This document shows, piece by piece, positions 26,950 through 42,355 of a DNA stretch of 64,000 nucleotides; position 1 is the stretch's first letter, and the number at the start of each line of letters is the position of its first letter. Source of the stretch: Curvularia clavata (lineage: Eukaryota); the NCBI GenBank assembly GCA_023920165.1, contig CP089278.1:558001-622000 (forward strand), in the 5' to 3' direction. A model generated the notes under the pieces. The model was not told the DNA's origin and ran no database searches. It saw only the letters and a program-made list of their open reading frames with translations. The position numbers were made by a program, and so were the translations under genes.

Positions 26950-27470
26950 GGACCCGTGATACCTGTCTTTCTCTCGACGTGATGCAACCTGCTTGCTTCG
27001 TTTGTTTGTCACTACCATTCTCCCCATGGACACGTGCCCGTCGACGTCGTTTGCTTAGCAAAACGGGGGCACGTCATGTCCTGGCCTTGATCCCATGCAG
27101 CCATCAAGTCTTGAACAGCTTGGAGATTCACTCGGCTAGACTGGCACTGGCATATCTTCTCCAGTTTATATATCAAGAAAACGCTCATCTTTCTATCAAG
27201 CGTCACTCGTCTTGCCTCACTGGGTGGGTCCCCTAGCAATAATAGTACCGTAGTGGTTTAGCACTACGACTAGTACTGGGTTGCTCGCTAGGGGAGCATC
27301 TGTCGGCTGTAGGACCAGAGTTCGATTCGGACCAAACCCAATATCCGAGTTGAATGAGAGTCTGATCCGGAAGACAGGTGTCGGGCAACGGAGGCTCTGG
27401 CGAGTCGACGGCTTGAGAGAAATCAGCGGTTTGATTGAAATATCGATTGTAACCTTGATTTTTTTGCCCT
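26950..27470 (+). ncRNA. Candidate structured non-coding RNA or large cis-regulatory RNA element, family unassigned
   Basis: Dense set of hand-found helices with + strand G-U pairs, long-range pairings and a 3' AUUUUUUUG Sm-like site (see findings). No credible ORF. Confidence 0.45.
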
Positions 27471-27754
27471 TCCTTTTTTTGCCCGTAGTGAAAGCGGTAG
27501 TATAGTAGATATAGTAGATGATCAGCAACTACGTAGTATTCAGCAGTGCTGTTAAAAGTTAGACTCGATTATCGTACTTAAGATAATAAGAATCTCTCCC
27601 GTCATTATGTGGCTCGATAAATACTCCAAGTTGGAAAAGGTACATAGAGTATCTTGACCTATCTTCAGCAGCAAAAACAGTAACATCACAAACCACCCAA
27701 ACGAGACATTCTAATATAACAACAACACATGGGTATTCATTTCCAACTCTACAC

Positions 27755-30196
27755 TTATTCCTCCTCGTCATCAAACCCCAGTCCGTCCACTTGTCCCAAA
27801 AACTCCGTGTTCCCCCTCCCCTCCATCAACGCCTCGACATCAATACCCCCACTAGTCAGATACCTCGCACTAACTCCTGTATTAATCCTCTGCGCCAATA
27901 GACCCTTCAACTCTGCCCTCAACGCCTGCACCTCCGCCTTGGTCATCTGGCTTGCCTCCCTCTCCTTCTTCTTACGGCCACTACCCCGACCGCGTTTACC
28001 CTTGGACTCCTTCTCCAGCTCCTCACTGTCGTAATCAACGCCCAGATCCTCAGCGGCCTGGCGCAAGACATCGTCACCGCTATTCTTCTTTTCCTTGGCG
28101 ATAACGGTATCAGCGAGGCGCTTGGAGATGGTAGCGCGGGGCTTAAGGCGTGAGACGATGCGGCGGTCAATGTCGAGGGTGCGAATGAAGAAGGACGTGT
28201 TTTTCGCCTTTGGCGCTGAGGCAGCGCGAGCGTGTACTTTGGCGATGAGGCGACGCACACCTGCGACTTCTTCGGGAGCGCAGATTAGGATGCTGGCACC
28301 GGAGGCAGAGGCGCGTGCTGTGCGTCCAGAGCGGTGCACGTACGTGTCTGCGGTTCGAGGCAGGTGGTAGTGGATGACGAGTTCTACTTTGGGGATGTCG
28401 AGACCGCGGGCGGCGACGTCGGTGGCAACGAGGATGGAGCCGGGGCGTTCTTTGAAGCGTTCGATGGAGCGGAGACGCGCCTTTTGCGCCATGTTGGAGT
28501 GGAGAGGCAGAGCCGGCAGGGCTAGGTTGGTAAGGAAGGGGGTTATGCGTCGGACTGCGGAGATGGAGTTTGTGAAGATGAGGGCGCGCTTTTGGGGGTA
28601 GAACATGAGAAGAGAGTATAGGTATAGGTCTTTTTCAGGACCGGCACATTCAATAAGTCCTTCCTGGAGTTTGCTGGCCATCTGTGAGGTCGGATTGGCG
28701 TCGATGAACTTGGGCTTCTCTTCGCGGAAGCGAAGTTTTTTCAGGAGATACTCCATCGATTGTTGCTGGTTCATCTGGTCACCACCAAACTTGGCCTTGC
28801 CAGCAAGCTTTCTCTGCAAGTCTTTGCCAAAGGTAGCAGAGAAGACGAGGGTTTGGCGCTCAAGTTCTGGTGTTTCTGTTGCCACGCCGTTCTCGTTTGG
28901 CTTGTCGTCAGGCTCGAGAACTTTGAGGATATCATCCATTTCCTTAAAGTGACCCTCGCTCAGCAGGCGGTCAGCTTCGTCGACGACCAGGAACTTGATC
29001 TGCTTGAACTTAGCAAGCAAGCCGTGGCCGCTGCTGATCACCTCCCACAGTCGTCCTGGGGTTCCGACAACTATATCTGCCTTTTCCAGTTGCCTACGCT
29101 GCTTTTGTACTGACAGACCACCGGTGATGGATGCAATATAGGGAGAGTCAAAGTCACCCTTCGTGCAAAGCGCAATCAGATGGCTGTTGATCTGGTGGGC
29201 AAGTTCTCGAGTTGGCGCAATGATGAGGGCGAGTGGAGTTTTGCTTTCGGCGTCCTTGGAAGCTGAACGAGAAGCAAGATACGACTCGATGATGGGAATT
29301 CCGAACGCAAGCGTCTTTCCTGAACCGGTTGAAGCCTTTCCAATAACATCTCTACCAGCAAGGATCTCGGGTATACTTGATGATTGAATGTCGGTGGGCT
29401 TGGAAAACTTGAGCTTCGCCAATGCTCCGAGCATTTCGTCAGATAGATCCAGATCCGCCCAAGCAGATACATCTTCTTCGTCGCTGTCGTCGACCGGCTG
29501 GTTTGCCAGTATGTCAAAGGCGCCAGGACCAAAAGTCTCGCCCTCCTCAACGCCATCTGCGTCGGGCTCGTCTTCATCTTTGTCTTCTGCGTCACCATTT
29601 GCCTTTTGCTCCTGCTCTCTTTTCAGTCTCTCTTCCTTGAGTCTCTTCTTCTTTTCCGTCTTCGTCTCTTTTCGTGTCTCGGGCTGGCTGTTCGCTACCG
29701 GCTTGGGCTCTTCTGTCTCGGCCTCTTCATCGCTAAAGCCCTCCCATTCTGGCTCTTCGCCGTCCCCCTGTGCCTCGACTTCTACCATATCCTCCTCTTC
29801 CTCCTCTTCCCTTTCGTCAGCTTCACTCTCATCCTCTTCCCCGGGCTCCTGGCCCTCGCCAAAAGTTATCTTCTCCAGACGTCGGGCCTCTTCCTCCTCG
29901 CGCTGTCGGGCTTCCTCCACATCGCGTGCAACCTCGTCTTCCGTCTTTGTTGTTTCAAAATGCAGGTTCCCGGTAACAGGGTCCTTGATAATTTCCACGT
30001 CATCAATCTCCTCGAGTCCGTAAAAGCCCTCTGTATCCTCCAAGCGATCGGGCATGGAAACAGTCTTCCAACCTAGCTGGTCAAGCTGCACTCTACGTTT
30101 GGTCTTCGCAGGCAGGGGTTTAGGAAAGTCGTCGACCTTTTGGCGCTTATGCGCCTTGTGCGCTGCCTTTTTTGGGGCGGCATGAGGGCGCTTCAT
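27755..30196 (-). CDS. MAK5: ATP-dependent DEAD-box RNA helicase Mak5/DDX24, 813 aa, intronless
   Basis: ASTGSGKT, PTRELA, TPGRLW, DEAD, SAT, ARGLDIP and HRSGRTAR motifs. The N-terminal FYGLEEID and acidic region are typical of Mak5. Confidence 0.93.
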   Translation of the reverse strand: MKRPHAAPKKAAHKAHKRQKVDDFPKPLPAKTKRRVQLDQLGWKTVSMPDRLEDTEGFYGLEEIDDVEIIKDPVTGNLHFETTKTEDEVARDVEEARQREEEEARRLEKITFGEGQEPGEEDESEADEREEEEEEDMVEVEAQGDGEEPEWEGFSDEEAETEEPKPVANSQPETRKETKTEKKKRLKEERLKREQEQKANGDAEDKDEDEPDADGVEEGETFGPGAFDILANQPVDDSDEEDVSAWADLDLSDEMLGALAKLKFSKPTDIQSSSIPEILAGRDVIGKASTGSGKTLAFGIPIIESYLASRSASKDAESKTPLALIIAPTRELAHQINSHLIALCTKGDFDSPYIASITGGLSVQKQRRQLEKADIVVGTPGRLWEVISSGHGLLAKFKQIKFLVVDEADRLLSEGHFKEMDDILKVLEPDDKPNENGVATETPELERQTLVFSATFGKDLQRKLAGKAKFGGDQMNQQQSMEYLLKKLRFREEKPKFIDANPTSQMASKLQEGLIECAGPEKDLYLYSLLMFYPQKRALIFTNSISAVRRITPFLTNLALPALPLHSNMAQKARLRSIERFKERPGSILVATDVAARGLDIPKVELVIHYHLPRTADTYVHRSGRTARASASGASILICAPEEVAGVRRLIAKVHARAASAPKAKNTSFFIRTLDIDRRIVSRLKPRATISKRLADTVIAKEKKNSGDDVLRQAAEDLGVDYDSEELEKESKGKRGRGSGRKKKEREASQMTKAEVQALRAELKGLLAQRINTGVSARYLTSGGIDVEALMEGRGNTEFLGQVDGLGFDDEEE

Positions 30197-30586
30197 GGTG
30201 GCGCAGGTTTTGGCAATTGGGAAATGCTGTCGCGCGAGATTTTGCGGCGCGCGATGCTCTCTGGAATTATTTTTTTGGGGAAAACTTGTCGGCGCTCGGG
30301 GGTCCGCTGCCCCACTTCGCCGTCTAGCCGTTTAGCCCACACTTCACGTGCGACTCACATCTGCACTGACTAAATTGCGAAAAGAGTGGACAATTAAGAA
30401 CAAAACAGAAGGACCAAATTGCCGGTCGTTGGACTGGAATTGCAACATATACTATAAATTTTGACGTCCTACTCAGAAGCGAGCAATACACCAAACGCGC
30501 AGATCAAACAGAACAACGAGTTGTATTGACTCGACAATACTTTGTAGGAGCGTAGGTGGGGTGTCTTGCCCATCTAAAAAAGAATC

Positions 30587-31771
30587 ATGGGGAAATCGTC
30601 AAAAGACAAACGCGATGCGTACTACCGACTGGCAAAAGAGGAGGGGTGGCGGGCACGGTCTGCCTACAAGTTGCTGCAACTAGACGAAGAATTCAACCTT
30701 TTTGAAGGAGTCACTAGAGTCGTGGATCTCTGCGCAGCACCAGGAAGTTGGAGTCAAGTTTTATCCCGAGTCCTCATAAAAGGAGAGAAATTTGGACGAG
30801 CGGGGTGGCAGGAGAAGCAGGCTAGTACTCGAGACTATGTTTTGGGTACAAAGGGGGGTATATCAGAAGAACCAAAAGAGGAGCAAGAGAAAAGCAGTGC
30901 CGTGAAGGCGGAGACACAAAAGCCGAGAGAAGGTGTTCGGATAGTCGCCATTGATTTGCAGCCCATGAGTCCGCTCGAAGGAGTCACGACGATGCGGGCA
31001 GACATCACGCACCCGTCAACAATACCCCTTATGCTCAAGGCCCTCGACCCAGATAGCTATGATGCCAAGGCGACCAGCGGCTCTTCACCTGTGGACCTTG
31101 TGATTTCCGACGGGGCCCCCGACGTCACTGGCCTCCACGACCTCGACATCTACGTGCAGAGCCAACTACTGTGGGCCGCACTCAATCTGGCCCTGTGCGT
31201 GCTCAAACCAGGGGGCAAGTTTGTAGCCAAAATCTTTCGGGGCAAAGACGTCGACCTGCTGTTTGCACAGCTGAAGATTGTGTTTGAGAGGGTGCGAGTG
31301 GCCAAGCCGAGGAGCAGTCGGGCAAGCAGCATAGAAGCGTTTGTCGTGTGCGAGGGCTTCTGTCCTCCAAAAGGTTTCACGGCCAGTCTGGACAAACCGC
31401 TCGGTGCAGGCACGCAGCTACCCACCCCGCCAGCACCCGCACCGTGCGATGGGCGCGGGCCCGAAAGCAGGGTCTCGCGAAAAGTCAGGGACGACGGAGC
31501 AATAGAGTTGGATCTTGGCGACGAGGACGAGGACCAGGACCAGGATGAGTTGGAAGAGGGAGGTCGGCGGTGGATTGCACCCTTTCTAGCGTGTGGTGAC
31601 TTGTCTGCGTATGATTCTGATGCTACCTATCATTTACCCAAAGACCGAGTCAGTCTGGACCCTGTGCAGCCGCCGACGGCGCCACCGTACAAGCGAGCGT
31701 TGGAGATGCGGAAGCTAGCTGGCGGAGCATATGGGAAGACCAAGGGCAGAGTCGAGCAGACGGTGTCTTAG
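30587..31771 (+). CDS. TRM7: tRNA (C32/G34-2'-O)-methyltransferase Trm7/FTSJ1
   Basis: [64 protein letters not shown] and [10 protein letters not shown]. Confidence 0.95.
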   Translation: MGKSSKDKRDAYYRLAKEEGWRARSAYKLLQLDEEFNLFEGVTRVVDLCAAPGSWSQVLSRVLIKGEKFGRAGWQEKQASTRDYVLGTKGGISEEPKEEQEKSSAVKAETQKPREGVRIVAIDLQPMSPLEGVTTMRADITHPSTIPLMLKALDPDSYDAKATSGSSPVDLVISDGAPDVTGLHDLDIYVQSQLLWAALNLALCVLKPGGKFVAKIFRGKDVDLLFAQLKIVFERVRVAKPRSSRASSIEAFVVCEGFCPPKGFTASLDKPLGAGTQLPTPPAPAPCDGRGPESRVSRKVRDDGAIELDLGDEDEDQDQDELEEGGRRWIAPFLACGDLSAYDSDATYHLPKDRVSLDPVQPPTAPPYKRALEMRKLAGGAYGKTKGRVEQTVS

Positions 31772-33374
31772 TTGATTGCAGGAACACACAAGTGGTGTCT
31801 TGGAGATATTTGTCATGGCATGTTTGGTGCATCTGGCGGATCAGCATTACTCGGGAGGTGTTGATTGTATACTTTATGACCATATGCTGGTGAGTACAAG
31901 GTTTGATTGCATGGAGACGTAGAGCAGTTTTTCTCAGACATTTGATATTGTCTTCCTCGGAGCGAGGTGCATTCGAGTGTCTCGTATACACAATCTGACA
32001 CTGCAAAGGGCATGGCCGTGGAGCTGTCCTTGCACTTGGTGAACTGGTTCGCACATGGACTCGAGTGAGCTTGTGACGACGCGCTAGTCCCGAAACAGAG
32101 GTAGCGTCCAGGCACGGTGTTGTTTATCTGCACGCCAAACCTTGTAAATTGAAGTGTGGCACGGCTGTGAGCTATGACGTGCCAGAAGCAACGGTGCAGC
32201 ATGTCAATGTCTGACGATGGGCAGCACCGGTGGTGAGCGGGTGTGTCAGAGGTGGCCAGCGGTGGAGCAGACTTGAAGAAAAAAAATGTGCAGCGAGGAT
32301 CGACGCAGTGTAATTAGCCAATTTCGGCAGCAGCAGTGGTGGGCATGGCGATGGGATAGGATGGGGACGTGAGACCCAGGGCAACGGTCAGCAGAGCATT
32401 TTGGTGCAGCGGTAGCGTACGATGGCTACGGGAGATGGGCCGTTGCCGCGCGTGTCGGGGGATGCTGGTTGGGGGTGGGCGGGATTCTGGAAGGCGGCAG
32501 ATGGCGGTGGGTGCGACGGTGGTGCAGCAGATGGCGGACGCTGTGGATGGAGGGTTTGGATGCGTCGTGGTCTAAATGGGCGCAGGCGGACCGAGCCAGG
32601 TGCTGTCTCTGTTGCTTTTGGACGCCCTGCATGCGGGCGTGTCGATGGCGCGTTTCACCATGCCCAGCGTTTGGACGCGTCGTGCGGGCGCAATGGCGCG
32701 TTGTACGTGGCCAGAGAGGCAGTGGATGTTTCTCATGGAGCCGGGGGCGGTTCCTGCATGTGCAGCCATGTGCGGCCATGTGCAGGGGGCGGGCGTCGAG
32801 TGCAGCGTGTTTCTGGCGTCGATGTGTAGTATGCGCCTGTTGGCTGTCAGACGCGGGCGCTGCACGAGTCATTGTGCATCCAGATGGGAAATAAGATGAA
32901 AGGCCGACTGAAACACCTTTGGGCGTGCATAGATAGCAGCATAGTAGGCGCGGTGGAGAGGCCGGGTGGGGAGATTGCGGCAGTCTGGAGGCTAGCAAGG
33001 ACACGGCGGAGGCTCGTACTCTGACGGCAAAAGCATCTCTCGTCCAGGCCCATGCCGGCCCGTCTCTGTTCTATTCTGTCCTGCCCTGTCCTGTCCTATC
33101 CTGTGTTTCTGTCCTCTCCTGCTGCTGCTATCCGCTCCACACGCCACACGCCCTCGTCCTCGCCCTCGCCCTTGTCCTCGCCCTCGCCGCATCCGTCGCT
33201 GTATGCAGCCTACCTGCCTGTCGCTAGCACGCCCGCCCCCGTGAGAGAGCCACCACGCGCACGCGGGCGCGAGGGCGCCAGAGAGAGCCGCATCGAGTCG
33301 CCGTCGTCGTCGTCGCCAGCCCCAGCCCTAGCCCCAGCCTCAGCCTCAGCCCCGGCGGCGCTGCAGCAGCAGCC

Positions 33375-36138
<2,764 letters not shown>

Positions 36139-37226
36139 AGTTTTGTTTTGGTTACGAGTGTTTTTTAACACGGGCACTTAGGGACAGTTGTTTCGCAGAC
36201 CAACGGTCACGATTCGGCCAGCACGAGTACCATCTCGTTCGCCGGCTGGTATGGCAAGACGACGGAACTGTAAGGTGACTCGATGGCACGAGGCCGAGCA
36301 TGGGCGCTTGCGATGACACTTCAGTACACTCCCAAACCGAGTGACTGCATTTTGAGCGACCAACGTTGACGTTATAGTCGAGCCACGGCACGACGTCGAC
36401 TCGAGCATCCGTATGCAAAGGCCGAAGCCTCATACTCTTGTTCTTTGCATAGAGCAATGTGGAACCATCTTACAGCAAGTCAGCAAGCACGTTTCGTCTT
36501 GTTTCAGCCGTCATCTTTTGCGATCACTGCCTATTGCCGTACATTTGAAAAAGGGTTGGAAGTTGATGTAAGCATACGTCAACTCAGTCATATGCGGCTT
36601 TTTTCTTCTGTGTTTTTTTTTATGGGACGCGGATGTCATTATACGATTACTTATACACCATTTTGCAATTTTTAGTGTCTATACACTCTTGGAGGGAAAA
36701 AGGCTCTATAGTTCTGTCACTTTGTGGCATTCTCGGCATACAGAAAAGGTCGGGTATATTTTATAGTTATTTGTAAATTCAGTTTTCTGATAAAGCGAAC
36801 AAGTGTAGCAGAGAACGGAAGTCGGCAGTGGAGCTTCAAAAACCCGTGAGTGGCTGAGCAGGCAACCGCCACAGTGTTCGTCATCACCCAATCCCCCACT
36901 AAACTGCTTGGGCGCCGCACGCCCAACGGGAAGAGCTCCAAGCCTCTGGCATACGACAGCGCGTTGGCTTTAGCTTTGAACTATCTAAACTTCACTCTTC
37001 CGACCGACAACTATCCAACTCACAAGCTCCCCTCTCTTGCACTTCTGCAGAGGCGCTGTCACAAGCCGATTTCCTAGACCTACATATACTACGGCCACCC
37101 CTGTGCTACGCTCGGCTTACTGCCACCCGTCGTCTGACCTAGCTGCAAGGCAACCTCCGCACTCTCCTCCGACAAACTTCCCCATATTCGAGTTCAACGA
37201 GCACACAAACTGAGGGCGCAGTCGCC

Positions 37227-39288
<2,062 letters not shown>

Positions 39289-39498
39289 AAATGGTCTTTG
39301 AAATGTATTCACTAAGATACCTGTAGTTGTAGGAATCAAGATACCATTAATTTTGTAGTATGTGGCGGCAAAATCGTGTATTGCAGAATCTATTATACTT
39401 GGAAATGAATTCATGACTACCAACCCAGACTCGTTATCTCAAAAAAGAAAAAAACCCATCATCCTACGTGTTCACTCAAGTCTCTTCTTCCATCATCT

Positions 39499-40035
39499 TT
39501 AACCCCCTTTGACCTGCCTCGTCTCCCAAACCACCTGCCCAATATACCCTTTCTCCAACCACTCTCTATAACTGCCACCCCGAAATAACTTGTTGCCCCC
39601 GTACTCACACACCACCTTGTCTCCTCCTTTGTCTCCTGTCACCATTGCTTTGAATCTCTCCTCGCATGTCTGCGCACTTAGTTGGTACGTGTACGGCGTT
39701 GTGTCCTCGCCGTGGCCAAGAGTAGGATGGACGTTTCTGTCGATCCAGACTTTGAAGAGCCATTTTATGGGTTTGCCGTCAAAGGCGGTGAGGCCGTAGG
39801 AGAAGGTGAGGGGAGAGGATGGCGTTATGGTGATGGGTGTGTCTCGGGCGCAGTAGGTGGAGAGGGCCCATTGCCATTCGGGGACGGTGGGGGTGTGGAG
39901 CGTGTTTCGGGGACAGGTGTTGTCGCGAGGGACGAGGGGGGAGGAGAGGGTTGTTAGGGATGGTGATGATGGGGATGTGGGGAGGGCGTGGGAGACGGTG
40001 AGGAGGGTATGAATGAGGAGGAGGAGGATGAACAT
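39499..40035 (-). CDS. Small secreted 4-Cys protein A (178 aa), effector-like
   Basis: Signal peptide MFILLLLIHTLLTVSHA, propeptide ending LVPR, 4 Cys, TATATAA about 86 bp upstream. Aligns with the neighbour at 40569-41075. Confidence 0.8.
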   Translation of the reverse strand: MFILLLLIHTLLTVSHALPTSPSSPSLTTLSSPLVPRDNTCPRNTLHTPTVPEWQWALSTYCARDTPITITPSSPLTFSYGLTAFDGKPIKWLFKVWIDRNVHPTLGHGEDTTPYTYQLSAQTCEERFKAMVTGDKGGDKVVCEYGGNKLFRGGSYREWLEKGYIGQVVWETRQVKGG

Positions 40036-40355
40036 GGTTGGCTAATGTTCTAAATGTACTTGTATGAAGAGGAATTGTGTGTGTGTGAGCGTGAGGTGAG
40101 TATTGCGTTGGTGGACGGTGTTATATACCATGTTGTTAGTATTGTTTTCTCTTCGTGGATAAGCCAGGGCGGTATGGGTTGGTGGTTTAAATTGACAAAG
40201 GTGAAGACACAAAGGACACGCCACAACAATCTTTAATGTAGCATACAAAGAAACGAATTAAGCCTTTTGAAGCATGTAACATTGGACTCGTTGCTAGTAC
40301 TGCTTGGCAGACCACAGAAGCGTGTATTGAGAATTGGGGTTCTCGAGGTGTAGAG

Positions 40356-40410
40356 GGAAGGAAGGAAGGAAGGAAGGAAGGAAGGAAGGAAGGAAGGAAG
40401 GAAGGAAGGA
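40356..40410. repeat. (GGAA)13 microsatellite
   Basis: Perfect tetranucleotide run: 13 copies plus GGA. Confidence 0.97.
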
Positions 40411-40568
40411 GCGGTAGCCATGCACCCAGTGTGTGGTTCTATCCCCATCCCCATAGCCATATCCATGTCCATGCTCCTCGGAAACGGAAAAGGGAAAATA
40501 CGTTGAAATGAACACAAGAGAACCCCTTGCATGCCCCCCAGCCTCGCACCGTACACTTGGAAAACCTA

Positions 40569-41075
40569 TCAAGCCCCCCTCTTCCTCCTTGTCTCGACCC
40601 AAACCTTCGCCCCCTTCTCACCTCCAACCGCATTCCTCCGTCCCCCCTTCACCAACCCCTCTCTACACATCCACTCTCCAGTCCCATCTTTAACAGCAGC
40701 TTCAAACCACGCTCTGCATCTCTCTCCAGTGACTTCCATCTTGCCTCCGCCCAGAAAGTCACCTTGCTCCCATACCATGCTGAGGATCCAGGGGAGGGTG
40801 TTGCCTTTGGCGTCAGTGAGCAGGTAGGTGTATGTGATGGGCTTGTTGGGGTCAAGGGAGAGGGAGGGTGTGAAGTGTTTACAGAAGGTTGTGGCGGCGG
40901 AGAGGTATTGGGGGAGAGTGGGGAGATGGGTAGTTGGGCATTTAGGGAGGTCGCGGGGAGTTAGGGCGATAGCATCGTTGTTGTTGGTCGTGGTCGCGGT
41001 GGGAAAGGAGATGGGCGAGGAAGATACTGTTGTTGCGAGGTAGGAGAGGAGGAAGAGGAAGAGCGGTATGAGCAT
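40569..41075 (-). CDS. Small secreted 4-Cys protein B (168 aa), effector-like paralogue of protein A
   Basis: Signal peptide MLIPLFLFLLSYLATTVSS, propeptide ending LTPR, 4 Cys in the same order and context as protein A, TATATA about 57 bp upstream. Confidence 0.8.
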   Translation of the reverse strand: MLIPLFLFLLSYLATTVSSSPISFPTATTTNNNDAIALTPRDLPKCPTTHLPTLPQYLSAATTFCKHFTPSLSLDPNKPITYTYLLTDAKGNTLPWILSMVWEQGDFLGGGKMEVTGERCRAWFEAAVKDGTGEWMCREGLVKGGRRNAVGGEKGAKVWVETRRKRGA

Positions 41076-42355
41076 TTTGGTCGTAGTAAAAGAAGCAGAA
41101 GGGATGAGTGGTGTTTTTGGTGTGCCTCTGGTATATAGCGTATCGTTATGGCTGTCAAGTAGTAGAAGCGCTGTAGTTGAGAATCTACGTATAGAGAATT
41201 TGCCTTACTTTTTTTGGAGGTTGAAGGGACGCGATGGGATTTATGTGTAAACATGTTTTCTTGTGCACCGAAGATCCTGTACACGACTTGTATTCAAAAT
41301 ACCCGGATCGAGTCTTCAATAAGATTTGAATACACACATTCCCTCTGTCAAACGTACTTTGCAGAGCACAGAAGGAAACCACATCATTGGGAACGCTGTT
41401 ACGCTGGCTATGTAACGTCGTATGCACTGCAACATTTTGTGTTGCGGAGAGCACAAGGGGGAGGGACAGTGTCTTTGAGATGACAAAAGAGTCGTTGTTA
41501 AGGAGAGACGGCAACAGACAAAGACCGTGACGTATATACGCCTTTCGGGGAGACAATGGATACAATCAGTCGGGTCTTTGAAAATTAGATATCGAGTCTC
41601 TTTGACTTGTTACGGTTGCCACCGCATGTTTTGTCTTCTGGGGTAGATGATCTTGACCCGATATTTTTTTAGGACAACCATTGCCTGGCATCTATCCTTT
41701 CCAAGGTCCTGCACATCAATCACCCGGCGGGCCAGACATGGTGTTGCTTTGCAATGGCCACACGGTGTATGGCGAGAGACGTTGGCGGTGGAGATGTGGT
41801 CGTGTGGAGGCTAGCGGCAGCGGACTAGCGGCAGGCTTGCTGGGATTGGCAATGGTGGGGAGTCGGGAAGCCGGGGGGTCTGCTGCTGCTGGACCAAGTA
41901 GCTTCGAGGACATTCTGGACGGCTGCAGTCAGTACCAGCAACTGCATCCATTGGACAGGTGACAAAAACTAGTCTGTGTATACGACATACGTATGCAATT
42001 GAGCCCGCGCCGTCTGTCTTGTCTGTGAAGGCACGCTATGGCCTGTTAAGCCACCCCGGGCGGATTACCGAGACCCTGCGCAACCTTTCCTTTCTCTGCC
42101 TCAGCTCCCAAACTGACAGCAACGCACTAAAACCCCCAAGTAAGAAGTCCCCATCCTTTTCTCTCTCCCTCCCTCTCTCTCCCTTCTTCCTCACCCACCT
42201 CACTGACTCTGTCCCCTCCCCTCCCACAGAACAGCACGGCCAACCTCCCCCCGTCCCTGCCTGCCATCGTCAAGCTGGCTCCACGCCCGTAATCTCCTCC
42301 ACCCACCGTCCACGCGAATACCCTTTGGTCACCTCGAAACGGTCTACACTGAACA

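Noticed and set aside
27411..27445. RNase P-like TGAGAGA-stem-TGAAA (CR-II/CR-III) resemblance
   Set aside because: The CR-I (GGAAATTCGG) and CR-V partners needed for the P4 helix were not found.
26590..27755. Telomerase RNA as the identity of the structured segment
   Set aside because: There is no CCCTAA-containing template on either strand (CTAACCGTCA at 26855 fits a branch site better), and the interval is short for a Pezizomycotina TER.
30197..30586. PAC/RRPE-like motifs in the MAK5/TRM7 divergent promoter (GCGATGC, AAATTTTTGA)
   Set aside because: Only partial matches to yeast consensus, not distinguishable from chance without comparative data.
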